A DNA stretch of 64,000 nucleotides from the human T2T-CHM13v2.0 reference genome, Homo sapiens. The notes beneath the pieces are model-generated. The model searched no databases, was not told the origin of the DNA, and worked only from the letters and a program-made list of their open reading frames with translations. Location: the NCBI RefSeq assembly GCF_009914755.1, contig NC_060940.1; one strand, written 5' to 3'. The position numbers and the translations under genes were made by a program. This document shows, in pieces, positions 49,311-61,741 of this stretch. Every line of letters starts with the position of its first letter. Position 1 is the first letter of the stretch.

Positions 49311-49388
49311 CGTCCACTTCCTGGTTTCAGAAGCTTCCGTTTTGCCTGACTCGCGATCGATCTCTTCTTGCAAGGCCTTTCGCCTCAC
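49311..49388 (-). CDS. KNOP1: KNOP1 exon 4: VRRKALQEEIDRESGKTEASETRKWT
   Basis: cttcttgctcag acceptor and ACG|gtaagt donor on -; 78 nt, phase 0/0. Confidence 0.92.
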
Positions 49389-50173
49389 CTGAGCAAGAAG
49401 GATGACAGAAGAGGGCCGTCAGACAGAGATCTTCTTTCAAGCTTAAAACCCAGGACAGAGACGGGGCTGGGGGAACGGAACGTGGGAGGAACTAACACAG
49501 CTTGACTCTGCTACAAACAATGGGAAGCTGCTATCATAAGTATTCTCTTAGCATCTCAAGGGCTGCGCCCCTTGGCCTACACTGGGCAGGCTCATTTATC
49601 CTCTTTAGCCTCTTAAGAATGAATTTTCCTAGAAACTGAGGCTTAAGAGCTTGCAGTGAGCCAAGATCACGCCACGGCACTCCAGCCTGGGGGACAGAGT
49701 GAGACTCCGTCTCAAAAAAAAAAAAAAAAAAAAAAAATCCCCAAGGCCAGAAAGTCCACTTCCCACAGGGATGCATTTGCCACGGGATATGGGAACGACA
49801 GAAGCGGAAGCTGATTCACAACAAAACTTCTCCTCTAAATGCTCCTGAATTAGCCCAGGGGGTGGCAGCATGTGTCACCTGCCCAGCTGCAGGGTCTTAG
49901 GGACATGTCCCCCACATCCTGCAGCAAGTAACAGGGAATGGCCAGTCGGGCCTCTCGGCCATGGCCACGGCAGCCGGAAGGGCCCCCAGCATGAGGATGG
50001 GGAAAGCACGCATTCCCGGCCCGGGAGGTGTGCGTTGGCAGCTGGCCCAGTGGCCTCTGGAGTCCCTGGTGCCCCTGAGACCAGGATCACCTAGCCAGCC
50101 TGGCAGGCAGCAAGTGAGACTCCAAGGGTGGCAGGAGGCAGCGGGAGGGGCCTGAGGAGGGTCTGGGCTGTAC

Positions 50174-50242
50174 CTGGTCTATGTGCGCCTCATCCATGTT
50201 GCCTTTTTTTTCCAACACCACCTCTAAGTCCGTGTCTGTTTC
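50174..50242 (-). CDS. KNOP1: KNOP1 exon 3: ETDTDLEVVLEKKGNMDEAHIDQ
   Basis: ctctcctgcag acceptor and CAG|gtacag donor on -; 69 nt, phase 0/0. Confidence 0.92.
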
Positions 50243-51870
50243 CTGCAGGAGAGGGCAGAGCTGGCTAAGGTTCAAGTTTACAATGAATGGCCTCTGCCTC
50301 TGCACCCAGCCAGGGTGAGACCATGACAAAGTCCAGAAAAGACCTCAGACCACGGCATCACCCCCAGCCCTGCCACCTAGAAACATCTCAGTCAGCAAAG
50401 CCCTTCCCATCCCTTCTCTTCCACAATTCTCCCGCAAAACAGTAGTACTAAACTATTTGACGGATGAAGAAACTGAGACTCAGACAGGTAAAGTGACTAC
50501 AAGGTTACCCCACGGCTCAGGGACTGGTGATTCTAACCCACATCTCCTGACCCAGGGCTTGGTGTCCGACCTTTCCCACTACACACGTCACCTACCTCCT
50601 ACGGTGACACCAAACTACAGGACAGAGGCCAAGGACCACACTAACATGCACCATGCTCTCCCACCCGCCTTGGCCCTGAAGACACCCTCCAACAGCGAGA
50701 CCTCAGGCCGGCCACTTTCTTGGGGTTCTTCAGTAACGACAAATGCTGACATTTCATGCGTCCTCACTTGAGAAGTGTGCTGTGCCTGGCACCTAGCGTC
50801 ACGTGTGTGATGACCCTGGAAGCCCTCTCCATTCCCATCACTCATCCAGGCCTGCAACACATGTGCATTTGCTGGACTGGGTGGGCTGCTGTGGGAGGTA
50901 GAGTCCCCCCACAGATGTTAAGCAGAGGGAACTCCCTTTCACTGAGCTCCTGGGAGAAGGGATTCTAGAGTCTGATGGCGGCTGGGCCCAAGCCTCTAGG
51001 GTTCCTCCCAACTCCAAGTTTCTGAATAAAGGAAGATGCTGGTAAAACCAAGGCTAATGGACTAGGGCAAAGCTGGGAAAATCCTAGCAACCAAAGCTAA
51101 CACCTGGAGGCCTTTGATATGGAGGCCACCCCTCCACTCCCCTCCCCCTCTAACCGAGCAATGGGTGGTCCAAGGTCACCCAGCAGATTGGTGCAGAGCT
51201 CGGAAGAGAATCTGGGGTTTATGCTAATGGAAAGATGGTCATTTCTGGGGCTCTACTAATACCGGCTTCTACAAGAGGTTACATAGATGGTTTCTGAGAA
51301 GGGATAAATGCCAACTTCAGAAGCCAGACTAGCTGAGTTTGAATCCCAACTCCACCTCTTGCCAGCTGTGTGGCCTTAGACAAGGTATTAAGTCTCTGGA
51401 GCCTCAGTTTCCTGATCTGTCAAATGGGGGTGCCCACAGCAGCTACCTCACCAGACAGGTAGGAGGATGAGATGGGTTGATACAAAGCAGTCTGGGCATA
51501 CAGTAAACACTCAAGAAATGTCAGCCACCGGCCACACGGAAGGGCCGGACACTGTCTGGAGCAGGACACACACCCTGAAACAAGACACACACCATCGTTT
51601 CGGCCCACACGTCCGTGCACACACCTGAGGACAGGAATGGGGGCCTGGCCCTGGAAGGGGCTCAGCTGGGAAAGGCTGTGGGTCTGGGGAGCCACCAGCC
51701 CTCCGGCTCACCTCAGGCCTCCCTCTCCCACTCCAGGCAGCCTGGCAGGCTGAAGACAGCAGGTCTCTGTGGTTTTCACCAAGCCATCATCCACTCCTTC
51801 CCTCCTGGTAACAGAACTCCAGTTTTCCTCTCAGAAACTGCCTCCCCGCATCTCAGACGGTGTGGTTTAG

Positions 51871-52210
<340 letters not shown>

Positions 52211-52919
52211 TAGAGCTTCTGGATAGATTGACCCAACTGAGGCCTGCGATAGTGGCCCTGAGACTTCTGTCATAGATTTACAGGGGCCACCCTTCTTCCT
52301 TTGGGGGTGGCTGAACTGCTGGGATGAAAGCCTAGAGCTGCCGGGACCATCAGGTCACAATGTGATGGAGGTGGAGGAGGAGGATGGGCCATAAACCAAG
52401 ATAGAAAAATACAAAGCCCAGAGCTGAGGAAATCTCATACAGGCATCTCCGGCTACCCAAATCTATTTGATGTATAAATTGTGTATACTGAGCTGTGATG
52501 ATACTCAGATAGCTACAGGCACTACGTTATCTCATGTTACTTGGTTCCTGAGTTTTGGATAGCAAGTGGCAAGAGTTCAGAAAGCAAGGGATTCATCTGA
52601 AAAATTGATCCCAGTTAATTCAGACCCCAACGGCAGACAGGGAAAACTTGGGTGGTTTCAGTAGCAAAGGATACCTGCAATTATCGATGATACTGCATGA
52701 GCCCCTAGATCCAGCCATACCTGAAGCTAGTTAACCATAACCTTTCCAATTGCATATATCAATAAACTCCCTATTCTGGCTGAAATTAATTTAACCAGGG
52801 TTTTAGCTAAAAGCATGAGTACTCGTGCATGTACAAACATGCACACACGCCTACACACCCCTCCCAAACCCCACCCTTAATTCTCCCACGGCAAAGTCCA
52901 TTTCTGAAGGAAAAACTAC

Positions 52920-53837
52920 CTCCTTCCAAGGGTCTCCTGCTACCCCACTCTCTTTCCTCTTCTTCTTTTTCTTCCTTTTCAGAGCTGGCTCCTCGATGAC
53001 TGGCTGCTCTACCTTCTTTTTGGACTTCATCTTTTTCTTTGCGGAGGCCTTAGGGTCATCACTTATGGGGATGTATTCCGGAGCCTCAACTTTGACTGGC
53101 TTCTTTTTACTTCCTTTCCTAGGGCTGCTCTCCATGGACCTGGAGGGCTTGGAGTGGCCTGGGAGGGCATCTCCCTCCTGGTGGATTTTTTTTTTCTTCT
53201 TCACCTTCCCATTGTGTTCTCTGGGGCTCTTCCGCTTCCGTTTCTGCCCCAAGGCTGCCTGTTCCTCATCCTTCTTCCCCACTGAGCAAGTGTCCCCAAC
53301 ATCCCTGGCCTCCCTGGCCTCACAGAACCAAGGGTCCTGGACCGAGAAGGCTGTGGGGTCCTGGGCCCCCTTTTTTTCCTTCTTGTGTTTTTTGAGCTTC
53401 TTGCCAACTCTGGTTTCCTCCTCACCCTGTCTAGGGTCTGGGGAGGTTTTCACCCCAGAGGCATGGGACATGGCTAGAGGTGACTTCTTATTTTTCTTTT
53501 CCCCACTGAGGAACTCCAAGTGGCCAAACACCTGCTTCCTGAGGCTGGGTGACTTCTCTGTCCGTCTAGCAGGCAGCGTGGTCTCAGGTTCTACATGCTC
53601 CTCGCAAAGGGTGCTGACACCCTTCTTTTTCTTCTTCTTTTTCTTCACTAGAGGCATCTCAGGTGCCTGCCCATGGGCCACACTCTTAGAGGGGGATGTA
53701 GCTCTTAAAGGAGAAACATCAGCAAAGTAATCATCATTGTTTAAAACTGAGTATCGAGTCTCTGGTTCTTTGACCACTTTCTTCTTCTTTTTCTTCTCTG
53801 GGAGCCCAAGGTCTACTTTGTGTGTCTTGGTGATCAT
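52920..53837 (-). CDS. KNOP1: KNOP1 (lysine-rich nucleolar protein 1) first coding exon (exon 2), MITKTHKVDLGLPEKKKKKK...GDPWKE, 306 codons with many poly-K tracts
   Basis: ORF 52851..53837. Acceptor tttttcag|GA ATG (exon starts 53839); donor GAG|gtagtt after 52920. Confidence 0.95.
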
Positions 53838-55549
53838 TCCTGAAAAAACAAATGGTACAAGTTATCCCATACCAAGCCATCCTGTGTTCAATTCTACTAA
53901 GCATTGCCAAGAGCCATGTTTCTTTGAGTGGGTGGTCAAAGCGTTGTGGGACAGGGAAAATGGACATGATTCCTTTAAAGCAAAAAAAGAAATACTACAG
54001 AAACAGCGTAAATTTTAAATCCACACAGCCCTAGGTTCAAACCTAAATGCCTCTCTCACCTTAAGTAAATCAGCTAACCTCCCTGAGCCTCAATTTCTCC
54101 ATCTGGAAAATGGGGGAATATAACACCTCCCTCCTCAAAAGGGTGTTGGAGGGAGTAAATGAGATAACCCATGGAAAGGGCTTGGTACACTGTTAATTCC
54201 CTTTTTCTTTTTCTCTTTTTTTTTTTTTTTTTTTTGAGACAGAGTCTTGCTCTGTCACCCAAGCTGGAATGCAGTGGCGTGATCTCGGCCCACTGCAACC
54301 TCCGTCTCCTGGGTTCAAGTGATTCTCCTGCCTCAGCCTCCCCTGAGTAGCTGGGATAACAGGCACCCGTGATCATGCCCAGCTAATTTTTTTTTTCTTT
54401 TTTAGGAGGGACGGGGTTTCTCCATGTTGGCCAGGCTAGTCTCAAACTCCTGACCTCAAGTGATCCGCCCGCCTCAGCCTCCCAAAGTGCTGGGATTACA
54501 CGCATGAGCCACCTTGCCTGGCCTAGTTCCACTGTTTTTAAAATTTGAAGTTGATTGCCAACACTGAATGAGTCACAATGATGCACAGTACTGAGGGCAC
54601 CCAGCTTGTCTTGGACAGATATCGTGGAAGCACCTGTGAGAATGGGCTGGGGTCCTCAATACCCATCAGTGTCCAGCTGGACCACTGCTCTCACTCCAGT
54701 CCCCAGCCAAGTTCCTGCACTAGACATTCCCAGAATCTAGAAGCAAAATATCCCAAAATATTTCATAGCAAGTTAGGATCATGGGAGGGAAAGGAAAAAC
54801 TTCTCCATCCTGCAGCCCTCCTCAGCTTCGGAACTCAGAGGGTCCACACTGGAGCTGGCTCTCTCTTAGCAGCTTCAAAGAGCCAGGCCTGAGCTACAGG
54901 TCAAGTTCATTCATAACCCACTCCAGGCGCACCTGGAGAGTCAAGGGAATAACTATACTCATTCATTGCTGTCTGCCCTGTTTCCTGGTTTATTTCCAGT
55001 GTCCTGCTCAGTGCCTGGCACATAGCAGGTGCTCAATACATACTCACTGAATGAATGCACACATGCTAGGGATACAGAGATGAACAAGATAAAACACCAC
55101 CCATCAAGAAGCAAGTAGGTGTGGGAGGGAATAAGGTGTAATACAATGATACAGGTGATAAAAGCAAGGACAGTGCTAAGGTCAGGGTGGTGGAGGTTGT
55201 GGAACCTGTCCTACCAGTTGTCAGGAAAATTTCTGAAGAACAACTGCAGGATGGTGGTATTAATCCCTGAGACAAAGGTACTGAAGGCAAGTGGCTGAAG
55301 AACAGGCTTGATTGGACAGATGACTTGGAGATGTTCACTGGACAGGTGAATATATATGGATGAGGAGTTTGGGTGGCCGTGCTGACACGGGCGACATAAA
55401 GTTAGGAATGTATGGGTGGTGATAAGCCTTGAACAGAACAAGCCTGAGACAAGACTTCAAGAAATACAGTAGCTCGCCACCTAATCCCAGGTTTCCGTTA
55501 CCCCTGGTCAACCCTGGTCCCAAAATAGGTGAGCACAGTACAGGAAGTT

Positions 55550-56097
<548 letters not shown>

Positions 56098-56167
56098 TGG
56101 CATTTAAATAAGTGGGCAGAGATAAAGGAGCTTGCAAAGAAGAAGGTGCAAACCTTGAAATAGTGTA

Positions 56168-56288
56168 GTCAGGAGAGCCAAGACGACTTCAGAATAGGGG
56201 AGCAGTCAAGAGAGCCAAGACGACTTCAGAATAGGGGAGCAGTCAAGAGAGCCAAGACGACTTCAGAATAGGGGAGTGGCCAAGAGAT
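56168..56288. repeat. 37-bp tandem repeat, about 3.3 near-identical copies, in KNOP1 intron 1
   Basis: gtca(g/a)gagagccaagacgacttcagaataggggagca; units start at 56168, 56205 and 56242. Confidence 0.95.
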
Positions 56289-56705
56289 CTGGTAAGAACA
56301 AAGAATCCACCGGGAGGTTGCGGGTCAACTCTTAATCCCCTTCTCTCCCCATCTCTTGCCATTTAGAAAAGTATAGCATCCTCCTCTTTAGCCCTGCGAC
56401 CAAATGCATTCACTCTTTCAAGGAGAAAGGAAAAGAACGTTACAGTGCATCTCCTGCAAACGCAAACGCTTTCTCCAAAACCGCTTTTAAATTCCAGGGA
56501 CAGCCTTGTGAAGATCTTTGTGAATACCCGACCTCGCAAGCTCCAGAGACTACAATAATTCACTTGCCCTAGGTTCCAAAGCCAGCAAGTGGAAAACGGA
56601 GACTGGAATTCCGCCCACAGGACTCCAAAGCCTGTGCAGCAACACCCCACTCCCCCGGCAGGATCACCAGCAGGACGCGCGGGAGCCAGGAAGTAAGATC
56701 CGTAC

Positions 56706-56883
56706 CTCCAAGGCTCCCATGGGCCCAAGCCTCCGCATCAACAGACTGGGAGGGATTACGTGGGGTCCCAGGGCCGGCTCTGAGGCGGGAAAACTTTCTG
56801 GAGGCGGCGGCCTCAGGCCGGAGCGGGCGCACACCGACTGGAGGGGTCGGATTCAGGGATGTGGGTGGACCGCATTTCCCCAT
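56706..56883 (-). CDS. KNOP1: KNOP1 alternative 5' coding segment MGKCGPPT...AHGSLG(G), adding 60 aa (518-aa isoform)
   Basis: ATG at 56883 (aagATGG) and donor GAG|gtacgg after 56706. 178 nt = phase 1, completed by the GA at the start of exon 2 to put it in frame with ATG 53837. Confidence 0.55.
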
Positions 56884-56960
56884 CTTCCCCGCCGCGCACT
56901 TCCTCTGGTGCAATCTCCACACCCCGCGCCGGCCCGCCTGCAACGCGCCCTGGCACTCAC

Positions 56961-57030
56961 CGGTGGGCGAAATTTCCCCGCCTCCACGTGAGAGCCAGCT
57001 CCGCCGTGACCCGGAAGTCCACTTCGAGTC
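56961..57030 (-). other. KNOP1: KNOP1 5' exon 1 (non-coding in the 458-aa form); 5' end approximate
   Basis: Strong donor CCG|GTGAGT on - at 56961/56960 inside the CpG island. TSS cannot be read from sequence. Confidence 0.7.
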
Positions 57031-57109
57031 GCCGGCCCACCCTCTCGGGTTCCGGCTTCTTCCGGGTCGCGGCCTTCCGGCGAACGCGGTTACCGTGGAA
57101 ACCGCGGCC

Positions 57110-57290
57110 ATGGCGGCACCGCGGCAAATCCCCAGCCACATAGTGCGCCTCAAGCCCAGCTGCTCTACAGACTCGTCGTTCACCCGGACGCCGGTGCCCA
57201 CCGTGTCTCTCGCGTCCCGCGAGCTGCCTGTCTCGTCGTGGCAGGTCACCGAGCCGTCAAGCAAGAATCTGTGGGAGCAGATCTGCAAGG
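57110..57290 (+). CDS. IQCK: IQCK (IQ motif containing K) first coding exon: MAAPRQIPSHIVRLKPSCSTDSSFTRTPVPTVSLASRELPVSSWQVTEPSSKNLWEQICK(E)
   Basis: Strong Kozak gccATGG at 57110; donor AAGG|gtagga at 57291; 181 nt (phase 1). Peptide recognised as the IQCK N-terminus. No further IQCK exon found in the window. Confidence 0.88.
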
Positions 57291-59673
57291 GTAGGAAACC
57301 TGGGCTGGCCGAGAGGGGCGGGACCCGGGCGGCCGGACGGGGGCCGCGTTTGGGGAGCGCCCACTGTGCGCCTGTCGGCTGACGGGCGGGGCCGCCGGGC
57401 AGCGGCTCCGCGGGCCCGGGCTCCGCATTTTACGCATGGGGAAACTGAGGCTCGGAGAGGCTGGCCCGAGGTTACGCAGCGCGGACTCCAATCGCGATCC
57501 GTAGTGAGGTTAAAGGCAAGGGAACGGCGAGGGAAAGCTGAATAAAGAGAACCATGCGGTGTGGACCATTGGTTCTTAAACCTCGGTTAGTGAACCGAAA
57601 GGAATTGCTGGGGCGGGGGCCGGGGTGGGGATCTTGTTATAAACGGAGGTTCCCAGGCCCCGCCCACAGAGCTTCAAATTGGGATGCAGGGAATCTGCAC
57701 TTTTTAAAAGAGCACCCCAGGTAATCCTAACGTAGGTAGTCGGTGGCCCACACGTTCAGTAACCATGGTGTGGACAAACGGGTTTTAGTCCCTTCTTGCT
57801 TCAAACCTTCCTTAACCTCCCCAGGCGGAGTTGAGCACATCTTCCTTTGTGGCTCTACTCAGTATTTGTTACTTAGGTTGGGCAAATTATTTAACTTATG
57901 ACCCTGTCTGCAAAGTGGGCATAATAATGGCACCTATTTCGATGGTGTTAAGAAGATGGAACCAGATAGTCACAAAAAGTGCTTAGCAAACTGCCTGATT
58001 TTAGGAGGGCAAAAGGATTATTGGGGAAAAAAAAACACAAACTGCTCGATTTACAGAAGGAGCTACGTAAGCGCTAGTTCTTAATGAATAATGTTGGGTG
58101 GGATGTTTTCTTTTTCCTCCACTAGACCATAAGCTCCTCAAGGTCAAGGACTCAGATTTTTCATTCGTGTGGCCACCATCACTACCTAAGCTGCCTGAAA
58201 CAGCGCGGTGAAACCCCGTCTCTACTGAAAATACAAAAAAAAAATTATCTGGGCGTGGTGGTGTGCGCCTATAATCTCAGCTACTTGGGAGGCTGAGGAA
58301 AGGGAATTGCTTGAACCAGGGAGGTGGCGTTGCAGTGAGCCGAGTTTGCGCCACTGCACTCCAGCCTGGGTGACAGAGCGAGACTCCATCCCCAAAAAAA
58401 AAAAAGTGTGGTTAGTTAGCATTTGAAATGTGATTAGTGCAATTGAGTAACTGAATTTCTTGTTGGACTCAAATTTTTTTTTTTTTTTTTTTTTTGAGAC
58501 GGCATGTTGCTCTGTCGCCCAGGCTGGAATGCAGTGGCACTGGCTGGGCTCACTGCAACCTCCGCCTCCCGGGTTCAAGCATTCTCACACCTCAATCTCC
58601 TGAGTAGCTGGGATTACAGGCACCCGTCATCATTCCTGGCTAATTTTTTTATTTTTGTAGAGAAGGGGTTTCACCATTTTGGCCAGGCTGCTCTTGAACT
58701 CCTGACCTCAGGTGATCTACCTGCCTCGGCCTCCCAAAGTGCTACAATTACAGGCCTGAGCCACCAGGCCCAGCCCAGACTTAATTTTAATAAATTTAAA
58801 TAGCCACATTTGGATAGTGGCTGCTGTATTGGATAGTGCAGGTCAGTAAATGTTTATTGAATGGAAAAAAAGAATGAATGTACCAGTATATGCGATGACT
58901 CGAAAGAAGTGGAGAATACAGAGAAGGAAGAGAATAGTAGACTCAGTTGATAGATGCCCTCCAAAGCTGTCTGTTTCAACCCCATCCAGTACTTAAATTC
59001 CTTCTCCAACCTTACATTGTGCTAGAAAAATCCCTTTCATTTTGCATGTTCTCTTTGTCACTTTCACCCCTACGTCCTTACCTCTTGGTGCTATGATCCA
59101 AGGAGCTAATCACTCTACCCCAAAGAATCTACTCAGATAATTTGACGGTAGTTATTGTGGCTGCCTTTTCCCCAGAGCTTTCACTTCTCCAAGCCAAACA
59201 GTTTCTTATAATACAGTTTACTAGAGGATTGTTAGAAAAGTTACTCAGCCTCATCTGTAAGAGACAGATAATTGTTGTGCCTACCTCACAGGGCTGTTGT
59301 GGGGACCAAGTAAGATAATGTATGAAAAGGTGCTTAGCACAGTGCCTGGCATTTAAAAAGTAGTCAATAAATGTTCATTATTGTTGACAAAGAAACATGC
59401 CTTGTGTTGTGATTTACACACCGAGTTTATTTTGGTCAAATAGGCCTCTAGAGAGAAAGCAAAGACAAAGGGTTTTGGTTCTCTCTGAAGAGCAAGTGAA
59501 TTGATGCCACTTTTAAAATGATAGAGTTACAGAATGAGGTCAGGCATGGTGGCTCACACCTGTAATCCCAGCACTTTGGGAGGCCAAGGCGGGTGGATCA
59601 CCTGCGGTCAGGAATTGGAGACTAGCCTGGCCAACATGTTGAAACCCTGTCTCTACTAAAAATATAAAAACTA

Positions 59674-59811
<138 letters not shown>

Positions 59812-60382
59812 CTAGAAAAAAAAAAAAAACAATTCAGTGAGGTCAACATTGGCAAACTATACACATGGACACTGTGATGAGTATTATAACAGATGGATAA
59901 ACCCAATTCTTAAACATCTAACAAATGCAGTTTTCTATAACATGTAGTAAATTCAGTTTCTGACAACAAACATGAAAAAACAGGCTTTGTAGTAATCCTA
60001 TCTTTGAGATTAAGTACTACATTCTCTTAAGATAATCTCCATTCAAAAGACAAATTATCATAGCAAACAGACCTGCCAGAAACTCAATTTCATGAAGACA
60101 AAATACAAAGTAGGTCAATATCTAACTTACACAGACCTTAACCAACCTGACTAGTGCTCTTTTGTATGTATGTGCATGCTCACCACTATAACTTATTTGT
60201 AAATATTCTTCAGTTTTCTCCCTCATCTTTCCAGTGACAACTGAGTTTTGTATTCTAAAAAGCACTCGTGTTAGTGTCAATAAACTTCTTCCCGGCCAAC
60301 ACTTCTAATCAAATCTTATAGTAGTTTGTGACTAGCTGTGTTCATGGTTTTAATCAAGACAATCAAAGGATGTGGGGCTTAA

Positions 60383-60752
<370 letters not shown>

Positions 60753-61450
60753 TAATCAAGCACTCTCTGGCCTCAGCCCTCAATGCTGTTGTAAAATCTG
60801 GCCTTTCATTTCACCTGCCAGATACCGACATGGATCAGTTGTGAATCAATACTTGTTCCTCCAGCACAGCCACTGAGCCAGCTGAAGAAAGATGACCCCA
60901 ACTGGCTCTCAGCACTGCTCAGCAATCAGCATCTCTCAATGCCTTCTCCCATTGCCTGGTTCTACTAGTCCAAGTCTGTAACACCTCCTGAAATGTTCTG
61001 TGATACCTCTTAGCATAGGATGCGTTCACTGAGAAGAGTCAGGCAGTCAGGAGTGGGGAGGGAGTCTGCTAACATCCATCTGTACACGTGGAAGAAGCTC
61101 TCACCCCGCTACTCGCCACTCAGCTCTCCATCTTTGCTTACCGTCCCCTTGCTATTCCAGGATCCTGCTTTATCACTCACTTCCTCTGCTACGCCTTTAA
61201 CTTCTCTACTAGCTTTTTCCTCCAAACACCCCTGGCCTGTCATATCAGGAAGAAACCTCCACCATGACCCTATATCCTCTTCCAGCTCCTATCAGTCTTT
61301 CATTCCCATTCCCTTATCAACTAAGGGCAGACCAGCTTCTTCCTCATTTCTCCGAATAAATTGTTCTTAAGCATTGAGCCAACTTGTATCTACCAGGGCT
61401 GGGAACTGTTTTCAATGCTGGGCCAGGTATAACTGCAGGCACTGTTTTAG

Positions 61451-61741
<291 letters not shown>

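Larger units (their letters stand above)
56660..57500. promoter_or_regulatory. CpG island / bidirectional KNOP1-IQCK promoter with ETS(GABPA)-type CCGGAA sites and an E-box
   Basis: Dense CpG/GC. CCGGAAGT 57011-57018; TTCCGG at about 57050, 57060 and 57075; CACGTG 56985-56990; divergent first exons about 150 bp apart (donor to ATG). Confidence 0.85.

Noticed and set aside
52825-53730. 301-aa + strand ORF rich in F/L/S
   Set aside because: It is the antisense mirror of lysine-rich KNOP1 exon 2 (AAA/AAG give TTT/CTT), starts at GTG, and has no supporting promoter or splice signals. A compositional shadow.
56168-56288. 37-bp repeats of CRISPR-like length; also the 12329-12444 array
   Set aside because: Units are head-to-tail with no unique spacers, there are no cas genes, and the context is human.
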